Below the pieces are notes generated by a model. The model worked only from the letters and a program-made list of their open reading frames with translations, searched no databases and was not told the DNA's origin. 64,000 nt of DNA from Folioceros fuciformis (Eukaryota), in the NCBI GenBank assembly GCA_049999805.1, contig JBNGIO010006303.1, forward strand, positions 139,775 through 203,774. The letters run 5' to 3'. Numbering within the stretch: the first letter of the stretch is position 1; every line of letters starts with the position of its first letter. Below are positions 23,882-37,111 of this stretch, in pieces. Made by a program: the position numbers and the translations under genes.

Positions 23882-25387
23882 TTACATCATATTCAAAGAA
23901 AAATTTTGTTGTTGAAGATTCCCGATAATGTTTAGTGTATTCATGCTGCTGTCAACAATTGCAAGACAATATAGAGAATCGTCTTTGAATAAAATATTTT
24001 GCTTTGCTTGCTTCTCATAATTACCATTTGCATTTTGAAAATGAAAGTTTATTACTGGAAATTGCGTTGCGTGATAAACTTGGTCTGATANNNNNNNNNN
24101 NNNNNNNNNNNNNNNNNNNNNNNNNNNNNNNNNNNNNNNNNNNNNNNNNNNNNNNNNNNNNNNNNNNNNNNNNNNNNNNNNNNNNNNNNNCAATTGTTAG
24201 AAGATATGGCTGACAAATTTGTCAACCCAGAAAAAACTTGAGTTAATAGCTCATTTGCAGGAGCGGCCAACTCTGTAAATGTTGTACCAGAATCAATAAC
24301 GGTGCCGGTATCAGGCATATCTGAAGCTTTGAATAATGTAAGGTCTATATTTAATCGTGTTCCTCTACAGAAATACCTGTCATGTTGAGATAATAATGAG
24401 AAGGATTCCATACTGTTCTAAGAAGTGGAGTATGATGAACTTGATGTTGAATTCCCTTACGACGATATGAGATATCTCCAAATGATAAATAGTTGATAGC
24501 ATGCCTTTGAGTTATCCTATTTGGAAAATAATACCTAGTGCATCATACATACGGAAACAAAAAATATGAGTTTAAAATTATGGAAATGAATCTCTAATTA
24601 TTTTTAACTAACACTAACTAATACCTGAAATTCAAGAAACTATTTTTATGGGTTCAAGCAGCAAGTTGCATTCCAAGTGAGGTCCCTTTTCTACCTCATC
24701 CCAAAACAACAGTTTTGAGGATATTATGAACAGTTGTAGCACATCCAAATCGAATACCAGATATGTTTCTACTATTATGTGATAAATTTTTCATAGTAAC
24801 TTTGTCTATAGCAAAATGTCCACGAACATATGATCCATCTCCGTATGTCATATAAAAGGTAATATTTGTCCCGTTCCTATATATAAGTTGTTTCTATGTG
24901 GAAGACTTAGAAGGATTAAAGGAACCCAAATCTAGAAAACAATTTTGCCCTTCACATGGTTCACATCTAACCCACAAAAGACTATGCTTGTATCTAAGAT
25001 AAGTCACGTATCTTGTGGTGGTGTGCCAACTTTGAAGGTAACAAAATATTCGTCAATCCATAGTGAACCTAGTTCATTAGCCACTGATACGAGTGGGCTT
25101 CTGAGGTTGACTTTCTTCGATGGTGTTAAGCTTTTACTCCTTGATGCAGCATACCATGAGAGCTCTTTAGAGCCATTGTTCAATGAACTTGCATGAAACA
25201 AAGGAAAAGTATAGTGGGGAATTCCTCCTAGAATGTCTTCTAATGATGGCAAAACTTTGAGACTAAGCTTTTCCTTGGACGGATTAGCCTTCACAACACC
25301 ACTGAGAGATATAACAATAAAAAGAGAAAAACACAATAGTAACACTCGAGCTTGAATATTGCATGAGTAGTTCATGAACTCCATCAT
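23882..25387 (-). pseudogene. A1-family (nepenthesin/CDR1-like) secreted aspartic protease pseudogene
   Basis: Signal-peptide-like N-terminus; EYFVTFKVGTPPQDT*LILDT then a frameshift to LLWVRCEPC; second site TVIDSGTTFT; C-terminal CLAI..IIGNLQQQNF. Spans a 100-N gap. Confidence 0.9.
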
Positions 25388-25779
25388 AAAAAAAAAGCTT
25401 GGCGGCAACTCGTTTCAACGCTCTTTGTAGCTTTCACTTGCCTTATTTCACTCACCCAATTTGGGGTTGATACATCCAGAGGAAGGCCACCAAAGAAGCT
25501 TGCAAGTGACTATGGAATACAACTCAAAGCTTCCAAGCCTATATATATCAACTCTTGATTACTTTCTTTTTTTGTAAGTTGAGTATGACCCATGATGTAA
25601 GTAGTTTGTACATAAATCAAGAAATGAAGTAATTCATTATAGCCATTCATTACACGGTATGAAAAGTAGCCTTAAATTTCTTTTCTTCTAGGCCTTTGGT
25701 TTAGAACCAAATTATAGAATATAGCTTTGTAAACACTTTAGGATGGTGAAGTTATTGGCATGTATGGTACATGCTTTCC

Positions 25780-27310
25780 TTGCCTAAGCGTGAGTTGATA
25801 AGAAGAAACATTCCCATAGGGAAACTTGAATGCTGATGAATTGGTCCGTGGACCATAATTTGCCCTAAGCTTAAATGGATAAGAAGAAACGATTGTCTTG
25901 GAAAATTTCAATACCGGAATATTGGCCCTCAGCTTGAATGGACAAGAAGAAATGACCCTATTTGGAAACTTGAATACCGATGAATTGGTTTGAGGATGAA
26001 AAATTGCCCTAAGCTTGAATGGATAAGAAGTTGAGGATGAAAGTGTTCCCTATGCTTGAATGGACAAGAAGTGGAGGATGAAAATTTTATCTAAGCTTGA
26101 ATGGACAAGAAGTGGAGGATAAAAATTTGCCCTAAGCTTGAATGGACAAGAAGAAACAACCGTGTTGGGAAACTTGAACACCGATGAATTGATTTGAGAA
26201 TGAAAATTGGGTCTAAGCTTGAATGGACAAGAAGAAACTACCCTATTGGGAAACTTGAATACTGATGAACTAGGTTGAGGATGAAAATTGGCTCTAAGTT
26301 TGAATGGACAAGAAGAAACGACCCTATTGGGAAATTTGGACCCCGGTGGGAAACTTGAATACCGATGAATTGGTTTGAGGATGAAAATTTGCCCTAAGCT
26401 TGAATAGACTAGAAGAAACGAGCCTATTGGGAAACTTGGACCCTATTGGGAATGAATACCGATGAATTGGTTTGAGGATGAAAATCAGCCCTAAGCTTGA
26501 ATGGACAAGAAGACTCGACCCTATTAGGAAACTTGGACCCTATTGGGAAACTTGAATACCGATGAATTGGTTTGAGGCTGAAAATCTGCCCTAAGCTTGA
26601 ATAGACTAGAAGAAATGACCCTATCGGAAAATGTGAATGCTAATGAATGGGTTTGAGTATGAAAATGGGCCCTAAGCTTAAATAGACAAGAAGAAAGAAC
26701 ACTATTGGGAAACGTGAATGTTGATGAATGGGTTTGAGTATGAAAATGGGCCCTAAGCTTAAATAGTCAAGAGAAAGAACCCTATTGGGAAACGTGAATG
26801 TTGATGAATGGGTTTGAGTATGAAAATGCCCCCTAAGCTTAAACAGACAAGAAGAACGAACCCTATTGGGAAATGTGAATGCTGATGAATGGGTTTGAGT
26901 NNNNNNNNNNNNNNNNNNNNNNNNNNNNNNNNNNNNNNNNNNNNNNNNNNNNNNNNNNNNNNNNNNNNNNNNNNNNNNNNNNNNNNNNNNNNNNNNNNNN
27001 GAATGGGTTTGAGTATGAAAATGGGCCCTAAGCTTAAATAGACAAGACGAAAGAACCCTAGTGGGAAACGTGAATGCTGATGGATGATGAGTTTGAGTAT
27101 GAAAATGCGCCCTAAGCTTAAATAGACAAGAAGAAAGAACCCTGATGGGAAACTTGAATGCTGATGAATGGGTTTGAGTATGAAAATGGGACCCAAGACA
27201 AAAAGAAACAACCTATTGGAAAACTTGAATGCTAGATGAATTGGTCTGAGGATCAAAATCTGTCCTAAGCTCAAATCTGCCCTAAGCCCTAAACCGGACG
27301 AGAAGAAACG
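25780..27310. repeat. Minisatellite array, basic unit about 81 bp with a HindIII site (CCCTAAGCTT), plus ~43-bp and ~100-bp variants
   Basis: cctaagctt at 26671, 26752 and 26832 (period 80-81). Unit approx. ccctaagcttgaatggacaagaagaaacgaccctattgggaaacttgaataccgatgaattggtttgaggatgaaaat. Confidence 0.95.
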
Positions 27311-27784
27311 ACCCTGTTTTCGTGCACCATCCGGTCACCACACTCGGGTTGGCAACCATCGTTCATTCCCTTTGGTTCCCTCGTTTGTTCAGTCGTCTAT
27401 CACTGCGCTCGAGAGCCAGCCATGGTATATCTGATTCGAAGTCACAAGGTTCTCTTCTGCTTGTGCAGATAGGGGACGACTTTCCCTATCAAAGCAACTT
27501 GCTTCACGTTTCCAAGCTTCCCCACAGTCTTGCCTGCTTCCTCGATTCCCTTGCGCAACTCTGAGGTTAGAGTTGCTGGGAGTGGTCATTCTTGTGGCCA
27601 AACTCTCCCGTGCCGAGCAGCTGCGACGTACAGACTCCTGGTGATTTTCCAATCAGTGAAATACTCTGTATGCCCCAACTCACAACAATCCATGTGGAAG
27701 GCAAGGCCCTCGAGGTGATGACAGCTCGTTTGTCTGTCTATCCGTCTGTCTCCGTCCAGGGCCCTAGAGGGCGCAAATGTTTGT

Positions 27785-29100
27785 TCATAAGACCACGCCT
27801 TGGGTGGAAGGTAGGACCACATCTACGTGCAAATTCCTCCAAATCTCAGGATGCGGTGAACCCAAGCTAAACTCCAAAAACCTGGAAACCCACGATTCTT
27901 TCTCGGCCAGAGGGCTGAGACTCCTGGGTACGCTGAACCTGCCAACGCAATACCGTTTAGCACTCTGGTAGCGAATACCGTCATCAGCACAACCAAAGGG
28001 GAAACCGAAAAGATCAGAGCCATACCGAAGCACATCTTCACTTGATGGAGTCAGAGCAGGCAGACAGCTGAATGCACATCATCTGTCGATCAATACGAGC
28101 TGGAATCTTTTGGTAGCAGGAAAGAAAGAAGAAAGAGGTCGTCCGGACTCACCTCACAAGCGATACGCGATACAAATGTAAATCCGTCATCGCCAGGTGA
28201 CGTCCAGCCTCGGATGCTTCCTCTTTGCTGAAGGTGTAAACAATCGGATACGCCAGAAGCCACCCATTGGCCGTGGGCAGCAGCACGTCGAACTCCTTGT
28301 CGTGAAGGTCAATAAGTACTTCACCGTTGGCCCTTTCATCATCTTCGCACTTAGATGCTTCAGTACAGGGTAGATCTGGCAGCTTGTCAGTCTCGGGTGG
28401 AAAGAGCACACATCTGAAAATTTCAGCTTTCAGACCTTTACAGGTCAACAAAATGTCTGCTCTCTCGGCAGCTGAAGCCACCTGCATGCAATCCTGCACG
28501 GTGTAAATACTTTTCCAATACTATCAAGCCCCAAAGATCATTCCAACTGCAACCACTTTTACCCTGGCCGAATTTTTGGTCAGAATCACAAAGTCTGGTA
28601 GATTGCCAGGCTTGGACGTGTAGTCCAAGTATCTCCGAAGATTAGCAACGTGGATGAGGTACACGCAGTCCAAAAGGTACAGCAGCCGCAAGCCCCTCAC
28701 AACTCTGCATTCCTGCGCCCTAGTTTCCATCACAATTGCGGCCACCTGCAAACCACAAGCCTGATGTCGAAGCACTGATGCTCACCAACGAGAGAAGAGA
28801 AAGCAGCTCAGGTAGCTGCTCCACCAACCGCAGTACCGGCCCAGCATAGTCCACCATGACCGCAGGCCTCAGCCCCGAGCAGAGCACCACCATATCTAGG
28901 TCCCCAGCAACAAGAGACATGAGGTCAATTCCCAACCCTCTCTTCACCAAACAATAAAAAAGAAATTCAAGAGAGCACTCACCAAAAGCTAAGCGTTGCC
29001 GAGCTGAAGCTCTCATCTTGAACCGAAGCTGCGTGAGGAGGCGTTGTAGAGCTTGACACAAGGCTTCCATCTCCGGCTTGCTCGCCTCCATGGCGAGCAT
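27785..29100 (-). CDS. DUF4504 / UPF0739 (C1orf74-like) protein, spliced, about 5 exons
   Basis: LCSGLRPAVMVDY, PTANGWLLAYPIVY, FSVP and C-terminal QGVVL*. GT-AG introns, e.g. 28982-28896. Confidence 0.8.
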
Positions 29101-29594
29101 TGCTCCCGCGACTGCTGAGGAGTGAGCTTTCCAGAAACAAGTTCGTAACGCCTTTTCGTACAGCTCGAGAGGGGAACAGACGGAATTGTGGAACTCGGGA
29201 CGCTAAACAAGAATGTAGCACGAATACCATCTATAGAAGGCTGCACGTAGAACATGTGTAAAATGCAAAGCAAAGAAATCGCGATGGACACACCACTTTA
29301 AACTCCTGCTTGGTTTTGCGCGTTTGGTTACACGACGACTTGGCGTCTGATCCATTGGCCGACAGAGCGGGGTTTTCTCCCTCCTGTAATATGGTGTGCC
29401 TAGGATATGTTCATACTGTACATAGTTAAGGGTCAGGTGACAGCAGTAACCGCTGCTTGGTACGGCCCCTTCAGCTGACAGACTCGAGCGGTCTGGCGTC
29501 GTGCATCTTCGCGGGAAAGATGGAGGAGATTGTGGCGACTGGGCAAACGATTTCTGCCAGTTAGCTTCCTGCGAGGTGGCATGGCTTAGTCCGC

Positions 29595-31663
29595 ATGTGC
29601 ACTTCCCAGGCTGCAATGGCATCGTGCTTCGCTCCAAACACCGAGGACAAGGAGGGGCAATCGCAAGGGACCAGTTTCCTCAACGCACTGCTGTGCAGAT
29701 CCGCGGAATTCTTCACGCTGTCCATCCTGCCATCCAGGGACAAGCGCACCAAGACCACGGCCATAGCCGCTGTTCCGCAGAGGTCGAAGAGCTCAACAGC
29801 CAATTGCCTCAAACCGGCCGCACCGGCGGTTGCCTGGACTAGCGACAAGTATGGCTACACCAAGAAAACCACTGCCAGCCTCTTCTCCAAGACCTACAGG
29901 ATCGGGCGGACCATAGGCGTGGGAGGTGGAATTTGATACTGCGCACCAGATCTGGTTTTCATGCATTCAGCACCCCCGGTCTTTCATTCGTCCGGTGACG
30001 CACATGCGCAGGGTTCTCTGAGGTGAAGCTAGGAGAAAACTTGTTGACGGGGGAGGGAGTCGCCGTCAAAATCATTGACAGGAGGAAGTATGCTCCCAAG
30101 GATGGGGCCAGCTTTGAGAGGGAGATTCAAGTGATGGAGAAGGTATACACCATTGGTGCCAGAATGTTGGCACCGCATGGCTCCGCCGCAAGTCATAACC
30201 ACTGTGGTTGTGTACGAATGTTTTGATATCCGCCTGACTGGCTTGCGTTCATCTGCTTCTGAGCACCCGTCAGATCCATCATCGCAATTGTTTAGGACTG
30301 AGAGAATGGTTTTTGACAAAGAAAGCAGTGTATCTCGTTACTGATCTGTGAGTTTGGAAGGTAGCAGCTCTTTGCTTAGGTTCTTGCTGACGAGAAAAGC
30401 TGGAGGAAATTGTCTCCTCAACTTTGTTTATCATTGGGGTCACAGAGTCACTGGAGGCGAGCTCCTGGATCGTGTGTTGAGGAGAGGGCGTTTTTCAGAG
30501 AGAGATGCTGCTCGAGCGATCACTCAGATTCTTGAAGGTGTCGCGTACCTGCACTCCGTGGGCGTCGTTCACCGGGACCTGAAGGTATACGTCTGTTTTC
30601 ATGCATGCTGATGGTTTTTGGAGATGCATTTTGTTGAACCATATGCTTAACAGTTGGTGCCGGTACTCATTAAGCTCACAGCTTGAGAATCTTCTCCTGG
30701 AATCGGAGGATGAGATTGCAGCCATCAAAATTGCCGATTTCGGCCTTTCTAAAATTTTTTCCGGAGGAGAGGGGCTGTGTACAATGTGTGGGTCCCCTCA
30801 ATATGTCGGTAAGCTTAAGCGGTCTTGCGCAGATTTCAGCATGACAATTGCCTAGACTGTGGATGTGTATGAAAGCAAAGGATGCCATTTGCAGCCCCAG
30901 AGGTGTTAGCAGCCGGGGAGAATAAAGGCACATTCTACACTGCTGCAGCAGACTTATGGTACACGACTTGTTTTGAAAAAAATGTGGCACCGACCTGAGA
31001 TGATGGGTTTCGAAAATACATGTGCTTTGAAGTGGAGTTGGTGAAACAGGAGTGTGGGAGTCATTCTCTACATCTTACTGAGCGGATTCTCCCCATTTCA
31101 AGACAAGAATGAGGTTGTCATGTTTGAGAAGATTAGAAAAGGACTATACTCTTTCAAAAGTCCAGTTTGGCACAGCATATCTCAGAGTGGTACGCCGACT
31201 CCATACCACTCCCAAGCACCATGGCCACCTGCTATGTGCTTGATACCACGACTGCTGACGGTATTGCGTGTGCAGCCAAGGACATGGTGCAGCAGCTTTT
31301 GTGCGTTGACCCTGATACAAGGCTGACTGCCAAGCAAGCCCTGGCTCATCCTTGGCTTCAGGTAAGCATTGCCCCGTAGGACTTGATGGAGGGCTCAGTT
31401 CAGGATGGTCAGACAGATTTGACGCATGCTTCTGCCAACAGGTGAGCATGAGCCCTTCACGAGCTGTACCCAGGACTGCCCACGAGCCTTCCAGTCCCGC
31501 ACCAAGGCTGGGTACAGCGGGTTTCACATCCCGAAGCGCAGAACGGGCGGGAACAGAGATATGTGTAAGTACCAATGTCTCATGCAAGGCAGGCGACAGT
31601 GCGGTGCCAGTCAGAAGTGCATGCGTTCAAGTTCCCTCGATTTTTGATGCAGATCAGAGTTGA
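29595..31663 (+). CDS. CAMK-group Ser/Thr protein kinase, CaMK1-like, no EF hands, 9 exons
   Basis: Exons approx. 29595-29925, 30012-30142, 30274-30347, 30446-30584, 30682-30808, 30894-30958, 31050-31189, 31276-31361, 31442-31663 splice in frame. Motifs [72 protein letters not shown]. Confidence 0.93.
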
Positions 31664-32148
31664 AACACCAGATCGTTCCAACTGGCGACAGGGATCACGA
31701 CTGCCGTCACGGAATGGCCCCCGGAGTAAGCCTGGATCGTCGAAGAACACTGTTCGTAACTCCCGCGTTCTGGAATGCTGCGACGAATATTAGCTTGTTC
31801 TCCTTTTCGACGGAGACAACATACAAATGCAGAAATACAAATAAAAATAATAAGTATCAAGAAAAGGGTCCAAACAATTGGACTTTGGATCCCGATCATT
31901 TACCCAAGCCAAGCCTTGACTTGACTAAGTAGGTCACTCTTGTTTGCTGAACCATGTCCCCATTAATTAAGTCATTGGAAACCCCTATGTACAGTATATG
32001 TAACTTTGAATAAATTGAAGTTACTATATATGTATGCTGCCATCCCACGTTGCTACACACATAATCAGTCGCAGCCCTACGGATTGCATATGTGTACTAG
32101 CTTCCCAAAGTGATCAGCTGTGAGCTGCGTGAGAAGCGTCGTCCATGG

Positions 32149-34970
32149 ATGAAGAACACCATGACGACAAACAACGACGAGGAAGAGGAAGAAGAAGAGG
32201 AAAAGGGAAAGGGAGCAACGGTGGCAGACCGGAGCCATGTTTTGGAGCCAGGCACTGGCCGAGAAATGAAGACGGGTAAGGGTAAATTGGGTCTGGACAC
32301 GGAAGTTGGCAATGAGAACAACAAGGTACTCTCGGCTAAGGAGAAGGAGTTGTTGGACAAGGCAGCTCGGTTGGCGGTCCCCAAGGGCAAGGAAGTTGAA
32401 AGCAAGAAGAGGACTTGGTCCCAAACGCACGGCGGGGACCCGCTGACCGATCACCTCAGAACTATGCACAGGAGAAAGCTGCGAGCAGACTTGGCCGCGC
32501 TGCTGAGTGAGCATAAGTGGAGGCTAGCTGCCGGGGTAGTGGGCGTGCTTTTAGCCGCTCCCACTGGTGTGGATGATATGGAGCATCGCGCTGTGGCTGA
32601 CTACTGGGTGGGGACTTTTTTTTCCTATAATCCGGCTCCCCTGTTGCCGCTTGTAAGAACGGTCATGGGAGGGGGTCTGAGGTTGGTGAAATTTATCGCA
32701 GGCTGCTATGGAAGTCGTAAGGCGGGGTGAGGACGGTGAGGCGGACGAAGAAGTCTTTTCCTCGATTAAGAAGCTGTTCAAAATGCTGCTTCGGCGGCAG
32801 ATGCCCCCTGTAGGTGATTGTTCGGGTGTATTCAGTTCAGCCAGGATGTTCCACATCACCTGAAGATATTCAAGTTTATGTTTTGGACTGAGAGTTAGTG
32901 GTCATTGTGCACAGAAATTGCGAGCCGCGGTGCAACTTGAGTTTGCCATGTACCTCATGCGGCAGAAGGATTATGATGGCTGTTACAATGAGCTGAGAGG
33001 GTATCTAGAATGTTTTTTTGAATCATACGCTCTGCCTTCGGTACGGCGTGAGCATGTAATGGGTTGTTGGTACTAGGTTGTCTAAGGTTTGCCCCTGCTT
33101 TCAGGTTGGTTGGTATCCCTCCGTATAGAGATGATCCGTTGATGAACTTCTGGTATGGTCTCAACCTTCATCACCTCTGGTATGCGAAGGTATCGGAGGA
33201 TGTGAAGAAATTCGAAACTTTGGAAACTAGGCACGTCTCTGAGAATGGAGTCAGTTCCTCGACGGAGGGTGTTGGTGAGACTGCTGGGTTCGGTGGACAC
33301 CAGCAGATGATGGACCGTTTTCAGCAAGAGCCAGCCGCACAAATGTATGACGCCGCGGGTGTGGCCATTGCTGATTCTAATCCTCTTCACAATGGAATGG
33401 AAGATGTGAAATCTCCTGGGTGGCCAGCTTATGGCAGTCTTCCACGACTGGCTGGAGATGATGAGGGTGAAGGAGATGAGATCAAGAAGCACGGCCCTTG
33501 GAGTTCAGGACCTGTTAGATGGCGGCCAGGTCTGTGTGCGGATGTAGGGGAGGAAATGCTTATAATTTCGTTTGTGACTGAAACGTTGTGGCATGCGCTT
33601 CGTTCATTCAAGCTTTAAACTAGTTCGATGTAACTTGCACCAGATTTGGACAGGAGACTCTTTCCTGTGTGCTTGCCAGAGAGGGAGGGTAATCCGTACT
33701 ATCTCATTCCCTTGGATAATAGTGCAATTAGGGAAGCACATGCAGGTGCTCTGAAGCATCTGCAACTGGCCATAGACCTGGACCCTTCGATGACTGAGGT
33801 TCTAATTCCACTCACTCAGGTTAGCTTCAACCGTTTGTCCTTGGTATTTGTGAGATTTCCTGTTTCTCTCCCGTCTTTTGCTCATTGCGTTTATGTAAGA
33901 TTCAGCTTCTGAGCATCTTTAAGAAAGACGGGTCTGCAATTGGCAGCTGTTGCTTGCTGTAGGCAATGTGGACGAGGCCATGCATGTAATCGACAACTGT
34001 TGCATAGCCGCTCGCAACCACATCTTACCAATCAGGTATCTTTAGGAAGCTGTATGCAGTAGAACGTATTTCTGCATGCTTACGGAGTCTGCCTGTAAGT
34101 GGGCAATCATCCTACTGTTTCTTTCTCAGCTTGAAGGTGTTGCTTCTGGAGGAGCTCACTCCTAGGGACAACTTGGTGCTAGCTCGCTGTCACAGAGAAG
34201 TCCTCAAGATAAACCCTTCCTCAGTCCCTTCTCTTGAAGCACTGATGATGCTGCACAAATGTGGTGTGTTCACGGCTCAAAGGTTTCCCTCATCTTTCTA
34301 CATATGGTGAAAAATCGTGTTGTAAAGGGTGACATGTTGAAGAGTGATCGTGTTGCTTATTGAACAGGATTCTTCGATACACTGTCAATTATGGAGGCTA
34401 TCGCAACTCATCTGGACGTAGAATCAGGTAGTGTCAGTATTTGGGATAAGCTTGCGGGATGCTTCAAAGCTGTTAGGAATTATGTGCTTCAAGACGGGGA
34501 AAGCAACCAGACGTTGAAGAATGCAGACGCACCGTCTCAGGATGTCAAAGTTGAACCTCAAGATACACACAAGTTACGAGCCTCAAAGGCGCAAGAGAGG
34601 GCCAACATTCTAAAACATGTTCAAGTAATCTGGACTGACAGAAGGACATGGTGGGGAAGGAAGCATTTCAGGAGCAATTGCGCATTAGGAGACTGTAAAC
34701 ACGGTGCGTAAACGGCTTGGTGCTGTGGTTGTCTCAGGAGAAGGAGTGTTTCATCCGAAGGTAACATTGGATTTTTGTGCAGGTAGTTTCGAGTTAATTC
34801 TGTGGAAAGCAGTGTGCTCGGCCCATGTCTTGGGCTCAGGAGGTGAGTATGAGCAACATGTGATAAAAGCCCTGGAACGAGCGAACAGATCGTTGTTGCT
34901 GCGGATGCTGCAGAAGCATGTCCGTATCACCGTGTTTAGTCTTTTAACCCAGAATGGCTTAAGAGTTTAA
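32149..34970 (+). CDS. Probable RNA polymerase I TBP-associated factor subunit A (TAF1A-like), spliced
   Basis: Blocks resembling the plant family as I recall it: HKWRLAAGVVGVLL, DPLMNFWYGLNLHHLWY, ALKHLQLAI...LIPLTQLLL, MEAIATHLD..IWDKLAGCF, WTDRRTWWGRKHF, KAVCSAHVLG. GT-AG introns. Confidence 0.72.
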
Positions 34971-37111
34971 CCTCGACATGAATGGGGGTGTCCTGACTTA
35001 TATTTTCCGGCAATTCGTGAGCGCTACTCTTCCGTCGAGTTCGTATCGTCAATATCTCAATCTTGGGAGCAAGGGCCTTTCCCCCTTCGTGGATGACTGC
35101 CTCCTTCCCGATTTGTGTAGGGCTACAAACTGCCAGCGAGACGCGAGACGTGGTTCGGCGGGCTGTGGACAGGTGAATCTGGTTTTATCTCTAGGGGATG
35201 GACGCAACTTTCCTGACGGACGTCAAAGTCGACTTCCGACGTGCTGCTTTGTTTAGTTTGAGAAACTACTTTGACTTGGGTCGGAGAGAACCGCAATCGC
35301 TAGCGCCAAAAGAGTGCAGACTTGTCGCAGTCTGGAGTAGCAGAAAAGTGCAGAGGTGTACTCATTCCTGTCAACTCAGCATCTCTCCAAGACCCAAGTG
35401 GCCAGACAGGATACAGACTGCTCTGCACTGGCTGCTCGACCTCTGTTCGGCTGTAGTTCATGGCACTGTTAATGGCTCCTTCACTGTTGCAGCGTGACGT
35501 GCTGCCTTCCTCGCATGTTCATAATACATGCGTCTGCTTTCGGGAGGTCATCGATGCATGCGGGTGCCATTATCAGCCGTTTTATCTCGGATTGTCTGTA
35601 CCAGAATGCTGTGGAATGGCATAAATCGAGAGCCACTTCCGTTGCGAGGAAATGGAGTCTCGCTCACCGGGACACTTGCCAGCGGGCATGCCGGAATTCT
35701 GTGCCTCGTGCAAGATCGTGGAGGCATCAGCAGTGCTGCTGAGCGTCAGCCGTGAACTGTAGTTAGCTTCAGTGCTGCTAGCCGAATCGGCTAGGGGCCT
35801 AGTTCTCCTAACGTGGTTTTGTGCAACTGCAGCTGGTGCAACTGCAGTCAGGGTGGCAGCCCTTCATTGGGCACAAGTAGACGATCCATGCATGTCTCAT
35901 GGCTAGTCAGTTAGAAGCAGCTCGTCAGAACTGGTCCCCGACCGTCCATCAAGGGAACATGCGTGAAAATGTTGCGAGGATGTGTCGAAGAGCTGTGGAA
36001 GTGGAGGGGGGGTATCGGTCCCACTGACTGAACACCCTCCCTTCCTGCGTGCACTCTCGTTAGTGATCGAAGGATCGTGGTCGTGTCCAGAGGTGAATTA
36101 GGTTTAGGTCGGTCTCGGGTGCTGGTTGGTGCGTAGGGAAGGTGGCAGGGTGTGGTGTAGTAGACGAGTGGAGTCCCAGTGAGCTGGAATGGAACGCTGG
36201 AGGGAAAGCGAGAAATAGGAGAGAGGGGAAAAGAAGATATGTAAAAAGAGGGTGTTCTCCTGAAAAGGGGAGGCTTCCGGCTTCCCGAGTCTGCGTTGGC
36301 GCCAAGGCGTTAGCTGCAGAGAGCCTCAGCCCACGACACGTCATCCCGTTGCGAACCACTATTCTTATTACTAGACGAAAAGCAAGTCATAGGAAGGACA
36401 GATGCACGGAGTTGCCTTTGACATCACGGCAGCAACCCAACCCTATCCGTCCTTTTCGGAGTAGGAATTCTTCTTTTCTTCTTCTTCTCCACCAATTGCG
36501 GAAAATGTATACACCCTGTAGGTTTAGCCCTGCTGATAGGGGAGGGACAGGCTAAAAAATGGTATCCATGCTCGTAAGGGAGAGGCTAGAAAGTGGTCAG
36601 ACCCATGTTGTCTGGTATCACACTCAGTCTGAGCTACCGCGGAGCTCATGAGAGGACTCTCGCGTTGTAGGAGAACACGCTCCAATTACGGCAGAGAGCG
36701 AATCGTGATTCCCCCTCAGCACTGTGCAGTGGCCTCTTCTCCGAGATCTGGGCCTGTGTGGGACACTGTTGCGCCCTCGTCGTGAGAATTTTTCTGCGCC
36801 ATATGGCTGACCAGCAAGAGATTGTTCTCAAGGACGTCCACACGTCAGTCTCCCTGCCTTCTGTATCTGGGGTAGAAGAAGGTCTAGAAGTTTGGTAGTT
36901 CAAATTGTTGCGTTACGGTATTTTGGTCGCTTGCATGTATGAACTGTCGTCTAGCTCTTGCTGAACCGTGCGCTGAAGGTAGACTGGTTGCTTTCTGGGA
37001 GGGGGTGGTGGTGAATTTGGAACTTCAGCGCGGAATTCTCTGGCTTTGCGGGTTTTGCAATTGGTGCTCATCGTGGTGAGTGTTTTCGTGCACAGTGAGT
37101 GGTTCCGGAGG

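Noticed and set aside
25780-27310. Regularly spaced repeats (also 42027-42465, 45650-45832, 52488-52648) as a possible CRISPR array
   Set aside because: Eukaryotic context, no unique spacers (whole units repeat) and no cas genes.
34978-37000. Short ORFs between the TAF1A-like and CUE genes, and at 61000-62900
   Set aside because: No motifs or consistent exon chains; most likely UTR, promoter and intron sequence.
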